The translations under genes were made by a program, and so were the position numbers. This document shows positions 1 through 8,246 of a stretch of 40,966 nt of DNA, piece after piece (the stretch's first letter is position 1; each line of letters begins with the position of its first letter). The notes under the pieces were generated by a model that worked only from the letters and a program-made list of their open reading frames with translations, was not told the DNA's origin and ran no database searches. Location: assembly GCA_030526925.1 (NCBI GenBank), contig JAUNBU010000001.1, positions 1 to 40,966 of the forward strand, in the 5' to 3' direction. This DNA comes from Bacillota bacterium. Lineage in GTDB: Bacteria > Bacillota > Clostridia > Peptostreptococcales > Anaerovoracaceae.

Positions 1-1
1 C

Positions 2-490
2 CATTTCCCGGAATATTTTCTGGACTAAAGGAAAATGCTCGATCCGGCGATTCGTTGGACAGATCGTTTGCAGTCAAGTTCCGGTGAATGGTCCGGCAAC
101 ATTTGTGATTTTTACTTTAGAGTCTATAATAAGGTCATTAAAGACATCAAGATCCCGTTCAAAACAAAAGGCGGTGTTCCGAACATATTTCACGTATGGG
201 AAGATGAAGGCTGGATAGAACCGGTTATTGAGGAACAGTTTGACCCGGATCGAATGATTCTAACTCTTGAATTCAGGAAAAAAGCGACAGAAAAAACCCA
301 GAAACAGATGGATATGATTCTTGACCATATGAATACAGATACTTGGTATAAGGCTGAAGAATTTATCGATTTGCTTGGAGTGAAGCTAACGCAAACGAAA
401 GAGTTGTTGAGAATGCTTGTCAGGATGGAAGCCCTGGAGATAAATAGGCAGACAAAAGGAAAACGATATAGAAAACGAAACGATATTTAG
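2..490 (+). pseudogene. Disrupted 3' part of an AlbA_2/HATPase_c_4 (RecG C-terminal-like) transcriptional regulator with C-terminal wHTH
   Basis: The frame from base 2 reads HFPEYFLD*RKMLDPAIRWTDR, with an in-frame TAA at 26-28. IPFKTKGG runs directly into VPNIF..W..EGW..P, so the REALxN...GERAGSG block I recall from homologs is missing. Confidence 0.65.
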
Positions 491-502
491 ATTTTTTTTG
501 CC

Positions 503-575
503 GGGGCGGGTCATGGTTCCGGCGCAAACAGTCCGGAAGCATCCGCCCCGATAATGATTCAGCAGTAGATCATAG
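503..575 (-). pseudogene. Decayed copy of the 5' end of the HI0933-family gene at 2309-3499
   Basis: 503-575 aligns with 3428-3501 at 65/74 identical columns (manual alignment). It reads MIYC*IIIGADASGLF, then frameshifts, versus MIYDCIIIGAGASGLFC in the intact gene. Confidence 0.85.
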
Positions 576-578
576 ACC

Positions 579-2177
579 TCAATCTAGCAACTTCTCCAAG
601 TCTTTTTCCGGGGTGGAAATCGGTGCGATGTTGAATTTTTCTACCAGGAAGTTGAGTACGTTAGGCGAAACGAAAGCCGGCAGGCTTGGGCCCAGAAGGA
701 TATCCTTGATGCCCAGATGGAGCAGGGTAAGCAAAATGCATACGGCCTTTTGTTCGTACCAGGAGAGGACCATGGAAAGGGGCAGGTCGTTTACACTGCA
801 ATCAAAGGCTTCCGCCAGGGCAATCGCAACTTTTATAGCGCTGTAGGCGTCATTGCACTGTCCCATGTCCATGATTCGCGGCAAGCCGCCTATGGTTCCC
901 AGATCCAGATCATTGAACCGATATTTACCGCAGGCCAGTGTCAGGACGATGCTGTCGTCAGGTGTCTGCTTTACGAAATCAGTGTAGTAATTCCTGCCGG
1001 TCCTCGCGCCATCGCAGCCGCCTACCAGAAAGAAATGGCGGATGTCGCCTTTTTTTACAGCTTCCACAACATGGTCTGCAACGGACAGAACCGTGCCATG
1101 GGAAAAGCCGGTGGTGACTTTTTTGCCGCCGTTGATACCCGTAAACTCCTGAGATTCCCCGTAGCCACCCAGCTCAAGTGCCTTTTCTATGACCGGCGTG
1201 AAATCCTTGTCGGCTCCGATATGGACCATGTCCGGGTAGGACACCATCTCCGTTGTGAATACCCGGTCGGCGTAGCTGGCTTTCGGTGGCATCAGGCAAT
1301 TGGTGGTAAAGAGGATCGGCGCTGGGAGATTTGCAAATTCTTTTTGTTGGTTCTGCCAGGCGGTCCCAAAGTTTCCTTTCAGGTGCGGGTACTTCTTCAG
1401 TTCCGGATAGGCGTGAGCCGGCAGCATTTCGCTGTGGGTATAAACGTTGATGCCTTTGCCGTCGGTTTGCTCAAGAAGCAGCTTCAGATCGTGAAGGTCA
1501 TGACCTGAAATGACGATGAACGGTCCCTTTTCGACAGCCATCGAAACTTCCGTCGGCGTTGGCGTTCCATAGGTTTCTGTATTCGCTTTGTCCAGCAAAG
1601 CCATACACTTCAAATTGATTTCTCCCACTTCTAAAACGATTGGCAGCAATTCATCCATTCCCCAATCCATGCCGACTGCGAACAAGGCTTTGTAAAAGAA
1701 GCGGTTGACTTCCTGATCCCGGTAGCCCAGGACTGCCGCATGATAAGCGTATGCCGCAACACCACGGATTCCGAAGAGGATCAGCGATTTTAAAGAACGA
1801 ATGTCTTCGTCAGCTTCCCATAAAGTTTTCATATTGTAATCGTTGTTTCGACCGCAGACCGTGTCGCATTGGGAACACATTGGCACGAGACGTTCTTTTT
1901 CCTGATGGCTCTTACGGATCTGCTCTTTCAGCGTAGCATCGTTAAAATTCACATTGGTCACCGTGGAAAAAAGTCCGTTGATCACAAGCTGATCCGTATC
2001 GGGCGTTACCATATGATCATTTCCTTCCGTAGAGCGGGCAAGACCGATCAGGGCGCCTGTCAGCTCATCCTGTAGGTTTGATGTAGCTGCATTTTTGCCA
2101 CAGACTCCGGCGCCGCCTGTACAGCCGGTGCAGCCTGCAGTTTGTTCACATTGAAAACAAAACATTTTACTAGTCAT
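579..2177 (-). CDS. hcp: Hybrid cluster protein (hydroxylamine reductase)
   Basis: N-terminal MFCFQCEQT..C..C..GVCGK cubane motif; GHDL, HSEMLPAH, TTNC, GGCDG, LACGKYR, GQCND and LSWYEQKA motifs; SD AAGGAG. Confidence 0.97.
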   Translation of the reverse strand: MTSKMFCFQCEQTAGCTGCTGGAGVCGKNAATSNLQDELTGALIGLARSTEGNDHMVTPDTDQLVINGLFSTVTNVNFNDATLKEQIRKSHQEKERLVPMCSQCDTVCGRNNDYNMKTLWEADEDIRSLKSLILFGIRGVAAYAYHAAVLGYRDQEVNRFFYKALFAVGMDWGMDELLPIVLEVGEINLKCMALLDKANTETYGTPTPTEVSMAVEKGPFIVISGHDLHDLKLLLEQTDGKGINVYTHSEMLPAHAYPELKKYPHLKGNFGTAWQNQQKEFANLPAPILFTTNCLMPPKASYADRVFTTEMVSYPDMVHIGADKDFTPVIEKALELGGYGESQEFTGINGGKKVTTGFSHGTVLSVADHVVEAVKKGDIRHFFLVGGCDGARTGRNYYTDFVKQTPDDSIVLTLACGKYRFNDLDLGTIGGLPRIMDMGQCNDAYSAIKVAIALAEAFDCSVNDLPLSMVLSWYEQKAVCILLTLLHLGIKDILLGPSLPAFVSPNVLNFLVEKFNIAPISTPEKDLEKLLD

Positions 2178-2239
2178 AGTTTGATCTCCTTTTTATTTAT
2201 TCAACAGTACTTGACTTTGTAGGTCCATCATAATATGAC

Positions 2240-2283
2240 AAAAACAACATAGCTGTTGCAAAAGCAACAAAAATGTTGTTTTT
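2240..2283. promoter_or_regulatory. Nested palindrome upstream of hcp; probable HcpR (Crp/Fnr-family) operator
   Basis: AAAAACAACAT-agc-TGTTGC-aaaa-GCAACA-aaa-ATGTTGTTTTT. The core resembles the HcpR site TGTCGC-N4-GCGACA described for Bacteroidetes hcp. Confidence 0.65.
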
Positions 2284-2308
2284 ATAAAAGAATAATTTTT
2301 AATATTTA

Positions 2309-3499
2309 TCAAGTCAAGGTATCAAAAATCCCATCTCCGGCTGCTTTGGCGGAGGAGTAGGCAAATTGCAGGTTGTATCCTCCGGTCACCCCGTCGATGT
2401 CGCAGGCTTCGCCGATGGCAAAAAGGCCGGGGTGATTTCTAAATGCCATGGTTTTCGTGTCCAGCTCGTCAAGGGCGATGCCGCCGCAGGTGACCATGGC
2501 TTTTTCAAAGCCTGACACGGATGATATGGAAAAGTCCTCGCCGGTCAAGGCGGTCGCAAGGGCCTTCAGAGAAGAGCCGTAGCGCCTGGTCAAGATTTGG
2601 CAAAAGCGCTTCGGCAGTTGAAATTCTGCCGTCATGATGTTAGCCAGCTCTCCCTTCGTTCCCTGCACAGCATGTTTTAGCCGTTGGAATGCTTCCTCAA
2701 AGGAAAGGGGATAGAGGTAATTGATTTTTAAGGTGTCACCCGGTTCAGCGAACTTGGAAATATTCAAAATCGCCGGCCCTGAAAGATCGCTGTGGGTCAG
2801 AAGCAGTGCGTCTGCATTTTGCACCAGCCTCTTTCCTGCGCGCCAAATGGAGCATTGCGCCTGCTCAAAGGAAATGCCGGAAAGCGCCGCATAAGGGTAA
2901 TCACCCACCTGTAAAGAGGAAAGCGCTGGTCTCGGCGGTATGATGCTTATGTCCAAATCCCGGGCAAGCACGTCAAACATGGAGCCGTCGGAGCCGGTTT
3001 TGGGATAGGAACAGCCGCCGGTGGCGACGACCACCGTTCTGGCGAAGTAACTATCGTTGCCAGCCTGAAGCCTCCAGCCCTCAGCAGCTTTTTCCATATG
3101 GCTGACAGGGCGCCCGTATTCTATGGAAAATCCGTTCTGCTGAGACTTTTGCAAGAGCATTTGCAAAACGTCCCTTGCGTCCATGGACGCGGGAAAGACC
3201 TTTCCATCAGAGCGCGTCGCTGTTGCTACACCGTTCTTTTCCAGGAAGTTCATGAGGGAAAGGTTGTTGTATTTGTAAAGGCAGCTTCTGATTTTTTTGC
3301 CGTTGTCGCCATAACAGCGAGGGAAATCCTTGATGGAACCGCCGTGGGTGATATTGCACTGACCGTTGCCGCTCATCAAAAGCTTGCGGCCCGCACGGTC
3401 CGTCTTTTCCAAAATCAGCCCTTTGAGGGGGCGGTTCATGGTTCCGGCGCAAAACAGCCCGGAAGCACCGGCCCCGATGATGATGCAGTCGTAGATCAT
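2309..3499 (-). CDS. HI0933/YhiN-family NAD(P)/FAD-dependent oxidoreductase
   Basis: IIGAGASG, GRKLLMSGNGQCNIT, ATGGCSYPKTGSDG, AMVTCGG and GEACDIDGVTGGYNLQFA motifs. Confidence 0.93.
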   Translation of the reverse strand: MIYDCIIIGAGASGLFCAGTMNRPLKGLILEKTDRAGRKLLMSGNGQCNITHGGSIKDFPRCYGDNGKKIRSCLYKYNNLSLMNFLEKNGVATATRSDGKVFPASMDARDVLQMLLQKSQQNGFSIEYGRPVSHMEKAAEGWRLQAGNDSYFARTVVVATGGCSYPKTGSDGSMFDVLARDLDISIIPPRPALSSLQVGDYPYAALSGISFEQAQCSIWRAGKRLVQNADALLLTHSDLSGPAILNISKFAEPGDTLKINYLYPLSFEEAFQRLKHAVQGTKGELANIMTAEFQLPKRFCQILTRRYGSSLKALATALTGEDFSISSVSGFEKAMVTCGGIALDELDTKTMAFRNHPGLFAIGEACDIDGVTGGYNLQFAYSSAKAAGDGIFDTLT

Positions 3500-3531
3500 A
3501 GCTACCCTCTCTTCGCAGTATTTGTAAGGAT

Positions 3532-3592
3532 ATTATAAGGGCAGGAGGGAAGGAGCGTCAAGGTTGGATGCCCGGCTTTTAAATGATATAAT
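3532..3592. promoter_or_regulatory. Back-to-back SigA promoters for the HI0933 gene (-) and ridA (+)
   Basis: Minus strand: TTGACG (3561-3556)-18-TATAAT (3537-3532). Plus strand: TTGGAT (3564)-17-TATAAT (3587) with extended TG. Confidence 0.65.
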
Positions 3593-3622
3593 AGGTGTAA
3601 AGAAAACCAAGGAGGAACCACA

Positions 3623-4003
3623 ATGAGAAAAATCGTATCGACAAGCAAAGCACCTGCGGCTATCGGTCCTTATTCCCAGGCGAATATCGTGGGCGACCTG
3701 GTCTTTACATCGGGACAAATCCCTATCTGCCCGGAAACCGGAAAGCTGGTAGATGGAGGAATCGAAGCTCAGACAAAACAGGTTTTTCAGAACATCAAGG
3801 CGATTCTGGAAGAGGCAGGCTCAGGGCTGGACAAGGTGATCAAGACCACTTGCTTTCTGGCGGACATGGACGATTTCGCCACGATGAATCAAATCTACGG
3901 GAGCTATTTTGCAGAAGGGGCATACCCATCGCGGTCGGCTTTTCAGGTGGCGAAGCTGCCGATGGGTGCGCTGATTGAAATTGAAGTGATTGCAGAGAAA
4001 TAA
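3623..4003 (+). CDS. ridA: RidA/YjgF-family reactive intermediate deaminase
   Basis: APAAIGPYSQA, SGQIP, PSRS and LIEIEVIA motifs; SD AAGGAGG. Confidence 0.93.
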   Translation: MRKIVSTSKAPAAIGPYSQANIVGDLVFTSGQIPICPETGKLVDGGIEAQTKQVFQNIKAILEEAGSGLDKVIKTTCFLADMDDFATMNQIYGSYFAEGAYPSRSAFQVAKLPMGALIEIEVIAEK

Positions 4004-4012
4004 AAATTCCTC

Positions 4013-4044
4013 TTGACTTTCCCCTTAACCGGAACGTGTATAGT
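4013..4044 (+). promoter_or_regulatory. MerR-type long-spacer promoter
   Basis: TTGACT-20 bp-TATAGT with the dyad TTCC-N8-GGAA in the spacer. Confidence 0.55.
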
Positions 4045-4081
4045 CAAGTAAAGCTGAATCGACGAATTGAATGGGACATGG

Positions 4082-4116
4082 AAAGGCTGCCGCCGCATAT
4101 GCGGTGGTGGTTTTTT
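4082..4116 (+). terminator. Rho-independent terminator
   Basis: GGCTGCCGCCGC-ATAT-GCGGTGGTGGTT stem with several G:U pairs, followed by a T run. Confidence 0.8.
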
Positions 4117-4365
4117 GTATGGAACCCCCACGGTAGATGCGGGGTTCAGTTTGTGAAAAGCGGGCTTGGCGTAGAAAATAGGACGGATGTGATAAAGAGA
4201 GAGTGGTATGTCTGTACGAAGAATACCGGTAATCGTTGACGTGGCGCGGTATTTAGGGTATGATAAGCTTGTATCGGCAAGATAATTTGAATATTCGATT
4301 AAAATGTCGAAATTTTGCCGATAATAATTTTGACACCATCTCTTGGAATCAAAAGGAGGTTAGTC

Positions 4366-5259
4366 TTGAAATACTTATCAGTAGCAGAAGTGGCTAAGCT
4401 GTGGAATATAGCGGAACGAACCGTGAGGAATTATTGTGCGCAAGGCAAGATAGAAGGCGCTTTTTTGACAGGGAAGACATGGAATATTCCGGCAACCGCA
4501 AAGCGTCCTGAAAGAATTAACAAACGCCCTAATCCATCACCTACGCTGTTAGAAATTTTGAAGGCTGAGAAACGTGATAAAATACCGGGGCGTATCTATC
4601 ATAAAATGCAAATCGACTTCACCTATAACTCCAATCATATGGAGGGCAGTCAGCTGACCCACGATCAGACCCGCTACATCTACGAAACGAATACCATTGG
4701 GCTTGAAAACCAGGCAATAAACGTGGACGATATTGTAGAAACTGTCAATCATTTTAGATGTGTTGATTTCGTAATTAATCATGCATCCCGCATGCTCACG
4801 GAAAAAATGATCAAAGAAATCCATGGGATATTAAAAAACGGAACGAGTGACAGCCGTAAAGAATGGTTTGCCGTAGGAGGCTACAAAAAACTTCCCAACG
4901 AGGTGGGCGGAAACGAAACGACACCACCGGAGCGTGTAGCCGCAGAGGTTAAGGGCTTGCTGGACAGCTATAACATTGAGCGACAAAAAAATCTGGAAGA
5001 CATTCTGGACTTTCATGTAAAATTCGAACGCATCCATCCTTTTCAGGACGGGAATGGACGCGTCGGTCGATTGATTTTATTGAAAGAATGCCTTCGCAAC
5101 AATATCATTCCGTTTATTATCGACGAAAACCTGAAACTGTTCTATTACAGAGGGATACAGCAATGGGGCGAAGAGAAAGGCTTTCTGATAGACACCTGCC
5201 TGACCGCCCAAGATCGCTTTAAAGAATGGTTAGACCACTTTGAGTACGACCAGAAATAG
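4366..5259 (+). CDS. Fic-domain protein with N-terminal excisionase-like HTH
   Basis: Fic motif HPFQDGNGRVGR; inhibitory-type motif SNHMEG; N-terminal YLSVAEVAKLWNIAERTVRNYC. TTG start at 4366 follows SD AAGGAGG. Confidence 0.9.
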   Translation: MKYLSVAEVAKLWNIAERTVRNYCAQGKIEGAFLTGKTWNIPATAKRPERINKRPNPSPTLLEILKAEKRDKIPGRIYHKMQIDFTYNSNHMEGSQLTHDQTRYIYETNTIGLENQAINVDDIVETVNHFRCVDFVINHASRMLTEKMIKEIHGILKNGTSDSRKEWFAVGGYKKLPNEVGGNETTPPERVAAEVKGLLDSYNIERQKNLEDILDFHVKFERIHPFQDGNGRVGRLILLKECLRNNIIPFIIDENLKLFYYRGIQQWGEEKGFLIDTCLTAQDRFKEWLDHFEYDQK

Positions 5260-5300
5260 CACATCTGAAGTAATAGGTTTTTAAAAGAAAGAATCTGCCT

Positions 5301-5334
5301 ATCATATTGAAAAATTTCAATATGATGATATAAT
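5301..5334 (+). promoter_or_regulatory. ArsR/SmtB-type 12-2-12 operator overlapping a SigA promoter
   Basis: Perfect ATCATATTGAAA-aa-TTTCAATATGAT (5301-5326); TTGAAA-16-TATAAT. Confidence 0.85.
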
Positions 5335-5352
5335 ACCACCTAGGAGGTGCTT

Positions 5353-5775
5353 ATGAAATCAAACAAAACTTCGGACTACATGAAAGTTTTCAAGGCGTTC
5401 ACCGATGAAAGCAGGGTGAGAGTGCTGGAGATCTTGTGCGCAGGCGAGGAATGTGCCTGCGTGCTTTTGGATGACCTGAAAATCTCCCAGCCCACCTTGT
5501 CTCACCACATGAAAATCCTCTGCGAATCGGGAATCGTCAAGGGCCGCAAGGTTGGCAAGTGGAACTACTATTCCATCAACGAATCGGGCTGCCGGTACGC
5601 CAGCCGGTTGCTCCAGAGCGTCATGGAAAAGCGCATGAAGGACATCATCAAATTTCAGGCGAGATTTTTCCGCAGACTGCGACCAATCAAACGGGCGCTG
5701 GGAATGTACCGAACCCCGGAGGAGACCGCTTTGCAAAAGGAATGCAGCAGCTGCTGCACCTGCCGCGAGCAGTAA
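5353..5775 (+). CDS. ArsR/SmtB-family metalloregulator with Cys-rich tail
   Basis: FKAFTDESRVRVL, EECAC (alpha3 metal site), SQPTLSHHMKIL, and C-terminal CSSCCTC. ATG at 5353 follows AGGAGG. Confidence 0.9.
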   Translation: MKSNKTSDYMKVFKAFTDESRVRVLEILCAGEECACVLLDDLKISQPTLSHHMKILCESGIVKGRKVGKWNYYSINESGCRYASRLLQSVMEKRMKDIIKFQARFFRRLRPIKRALGMYRTPEETALQKECSSCCTCREQ

Positions 5776-5828
5776 AAGACAGAAAATATTCGAAACAGTA
5801 AACCCAACACCGAAAGGAAGAGCAAACC

Positions 5829-6839
5829 ATGAATCGGGAAATCATCAAGATCTTCGAGAAAGCCTATAGCGGCGAAAGCCTTTCCAAAGCAGAATGCATC
5901 AGTCTTTTGTCACTGGACGAAACCTCATCGGAGGCGTGGCTCATGCGCAGCATCGCATCGGACATCGTCCGCAAACGAAACGACAACACGGGATCCATCT
6001 TCGGACAGATCGGGCTGGAGTGCTCCCCATGCGAGGGAAATTGCAGCTTTTGCTCCTTTGCCAAGGACTACACGGGTATGCCGGACATCAAGCTGGACGA
6101 AGCAACCATAGCCGAAAGCACCAAAGCCTTTACACAGGGCGACGATCTGTACGGCCTTTACCTGATGACCATGGCGGAGTACGATCTGGAGAACTACCTG
6201 CGGGGCGTGGAGACCGTCAAAAAGCACAAGATCGGCTCGACTAAACTTTACACCAACGTAGGCGATACATCCTACGAAGCCTTTGTGGAAATGAAGGCGG
6301 CCGGCATCGACGGGGTGTATCATTGCTGGCGTCTGGGCGAGGGAAAGGACACGGCTATCGCTCCGGAAACGCGAAAGGCTACCATTGCCAACGCCAGAAA
6401 AGCCGGGCTCGAAACACTGGATGCGTTGGAGCCGATTGGCTATGAGCATACGCCGGAAGAAATGGCGGAGCACATCTTTTTCAGCATCGAAATGGGGACT
6501 ACTCAGTGCGGCGTCATGAAGCGGATATCCGTTCCGGGGACGCCTTTCGAAAACACCCCGCAGATCAGCGACTTTGCCCTTTCCAAATTCATGGCGGCTA
6601 TGACGCTGACTATGGCGGGAATGCCGAAGATGCCGTGGCTTGCCGTTCACGAGCCGAAAATGCAGGGCTATATGTCCGGCGCCAATATGGTCTGTGCAGA
6701 GACGGGCGTCAATCCGCGAGATACGGTGGAGGACACGCTGCAGAATCGAGGTCTGGACGTTTCCGACTGCCGGCAGATCCTGAAGGAAGCGGGCTTTACA
6801 TACGTTGCCAGGGGCGACGGCAGTAAGGATATCTTGTAG
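5829..6839 (+). CDS. Radical SAM protein, BioB/HydE-like fold, function unknown
   Basis: CEGNCSFC (CxxxCxxC), PGTPF and GAN motifs. It has YHCWRLGEG where BioB has YNHNL. Confidence 0.8.
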   Translation: MNREIIKIFEKAYSGESLSKAECISLLSLDETSSEAWLMRSIASDIVRKRNDNTGSIFGQIGLECSPCEGNCSFCSFAKDYTGMPDIKLDEATIAESTKAFTQGDDLYGLYLMTMAEYDLENYLRGVETVKKHKIGSTKLYTNVGDTSYEAFVEMKAAGIDGVYHCWRLGEGKDTAIAPETRKATIANARKAGLETLDALEPIGYEHTPEEMAEHIFFSIEMGTTQCGVMKRISVPGTPFENTPQISDFALSKFMAAMTLTMAGMPKMPWLAVHEPKMQGYMSGANMVCAETGVNPRDTVEDTLQNRGLDVSDCRQILKEAGFTYVARGDGSKDIL

Positions 6840-6887
6840 GCTTATGTAAAGGCAAGGGCATGGCAATCGACTTGGAATCCACAAGGC

Positions 6888-6914
6888 ACAAAATCAAATC
6901 TCCTTTCATAGTAT
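6888..6914 (+). promoter_or_regulatory. Probable mother-cell (SigK-type) promoter of cotJABC
   Basis: AC (6888)-N17-CATAGTAT matches the AC-N16/17-CATAnnnT consensus. Confidence 0.55.
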
Positions 6915-6946
6915 GGAATATACTAATGTGAAAGGAGATTTTTGAT

Positions 6947-7204
6947 TTGAGTTGTAATAAAACCCCCGAAACGGGGAACATGATATATGTGGCCGGTGCG
7001 GCTTGCCCCATTTGTCCGGAAGAGCAGGCGTGCGGGAAGACAGGGACCATCGATGTGGAAACTGCCTTTGACAGCTGGCCGGTGGCGATGACCTACGTGC
7101 CGAGACAGCCGTGGGAAACACCTTATGATCTGGCGTCAGGGCTTGCTGCGGGGACGATTTTCCCGAGCCTGAACCTGCCGTTCCAAGGAGGTGGCTGCCG
7201 ATGA
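6947..7204 (+). CDS. cotJA: Spore coat-associated protein CotJA
   Basis: PVAMTYVPRQPW..YD...L.AGTIFPSLNLPF; TTG start after AAAGGAG; first gene of the cotJ trio. Confidence 0.88.
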   Translation: MSCNKTPETGNMIYVAGAACPICPEEQACGKTGTIDVETAFDSWPVAMTYVPRQPWETPYDLASGLAAGTIFPSLNLPFQGGGCR

Positions 7205-7455
7205 CTTGCAGAACAGAATTGCTGAGAAAGATACAGCAGCTTAACTTTACCATGATAGAGCTGGGGCTCTATCTCAATAACCAGCCTGACTGCTGTGAAG
7301 CACAGGCGCTTTTTGATAAGACGAGAGACCAATATCAGGCGGCGAGGGCAGAGTATGAGGACTGTTATGGCCCGCTGACCTATAGCGGTGTGGACACATG
7401 CGAAGACGGCTGGTCGTGGATCAATGGCCCGTGGCCATGGGAAGGAGAGGATTAG
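7201..7455 (+). CDS. cotJB: Spore coat protein CotJB
   Basis: F...EL.LYLNNQP, YGPLT and WSWINGPWPWE motifs; ATGA overlap with cotJA. Confidence 0.92.
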   Translation: MTCRTELLRKIQQLNFTMIELGLYLNNQPDCCEAQALFDKTRDQYQAARAEYEDCYGPLTYSGVDTCEDGWSWINGPWPWEGED

Positions 7456-7458
7456 ATT

Positions 7459-8067
7459 ATGTGGACCTATGAAAAAAGACTGGAATATCCGGTGAACATC
7501 AAGAATCCGAATCCTGCCATGGCAAAGTTTATCATCAGCCAGGTGGGGGGACCGGATGGCGAGCTGGCAGCGTCCCAGCGGTATTTGTCCCAGCGTTATT
7601 CCATGCCTTATGATACGGCGATTGCAACGCTGACGGACATCGGCACGGAAGAACTGGCGCATTTAGAGATGGTGAGCGCCATCGTTCATCAGCTGACTCG
7701 TGACATGACCATCGAGCAGGTGAAGGAAGCCGGATTTGAAACCTATTTCGTGGATCATACCGCAGGGGTGTATCCGCAGGCGGCGGCAGGATTCCCATTC
7801 GATGCGCTGTCATTTGCATCTAAGGGAGACGCTATTACGGATCTGGCCGAAAATATGGCTGCCGAACAAAAAGCGAGAACGACCTATGACAATATTTTGC
7901 GCATGGTGGACGATCCGGATGTGATCGACCCGATCAAGTATCTGCGGGAGCGGGAAGTGGTGCATTTTCAGAGATTCGGGGAAGCGTTGAGAAATGTACA
8001 GGATAATCTGCATTGCAAGAATTTCTACGCCATCAACCCATCGTTTGACATGACGCCAGCTAAGTAA
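7459..8067 (+). CDS. cotJC: Manganese catalase-family spore coat protein CotJC
   Basis: MWTYEKRLEYPV, GGPDGEL, DIGTEELAHLEM, AAEQKAR and REREVVHFQRFGE motifs. Confidence 0.95.
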   Translation: MWTYEKRLEYPVNIKNPNPAMAKFIISQVGGPDGELAASQRYLSQRYSMPYDTAIATLTDIGTEELAHLEMVSAIVHQLTRDMTIEQVKEAGFETYFVDHTAGVYPQAAAGFPFDALSFASKGDAITDLAENMAAEQKARTTYDNILRMVDDPDVIDPIKYLREREVVHFQRFGEALRNVQDNLHCKNFYAINPSFDMTPAK

Positions 8068-8100
8068 GCGGAAAGGGAAATAAGAACCGAATAATAATTC

Positions 8101-8150
8101 ACGGCAGGCATTGGGCCTCTTAGGATTTCCCGAAGCCTGCCGTATTTTTA
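8101..8150 (+). terminator. Terminator-like hairpin after cotJC
   Basis: ACGGCAGGC...GCCTGCCGT followed by ATTTTT. Confidence 0.6.
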
Positions 8151-8161
8151 TGCTTTTATGC

Positions 8162-8184
8162 AGTACAGTACTGTATACGGTACT
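8162..8184. promoter_or_regulatory. Overlapping palindromes upstream of the WYL gene; candidate operator
   Basis: AGTACAGTACTGTATACGGTACT contains the perfect palindrome TACAGTACTGTA and the one-mismatch dyad AGTACTGTA/TACGGTACT. Confidence 0.45.
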
Positions 8185-8246
8185 CACTTTTTTGTATGAT
8201 TATGCTCCAAGCAGCCAGCAAAAGTGGGAAGAAGGAGGGATACCGT

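Noticed and set aside
4036-4239. 67-aa ORF downstream of ridA
   Set aside because: It has no SD, starts inside the promoter, and crosses a terminator.
5829-6839. Calling the radical SAM gene bioB, hydE or pylB
   Set aside because: The BioB YNHNL signature is absent and no pathway neighbours are present.
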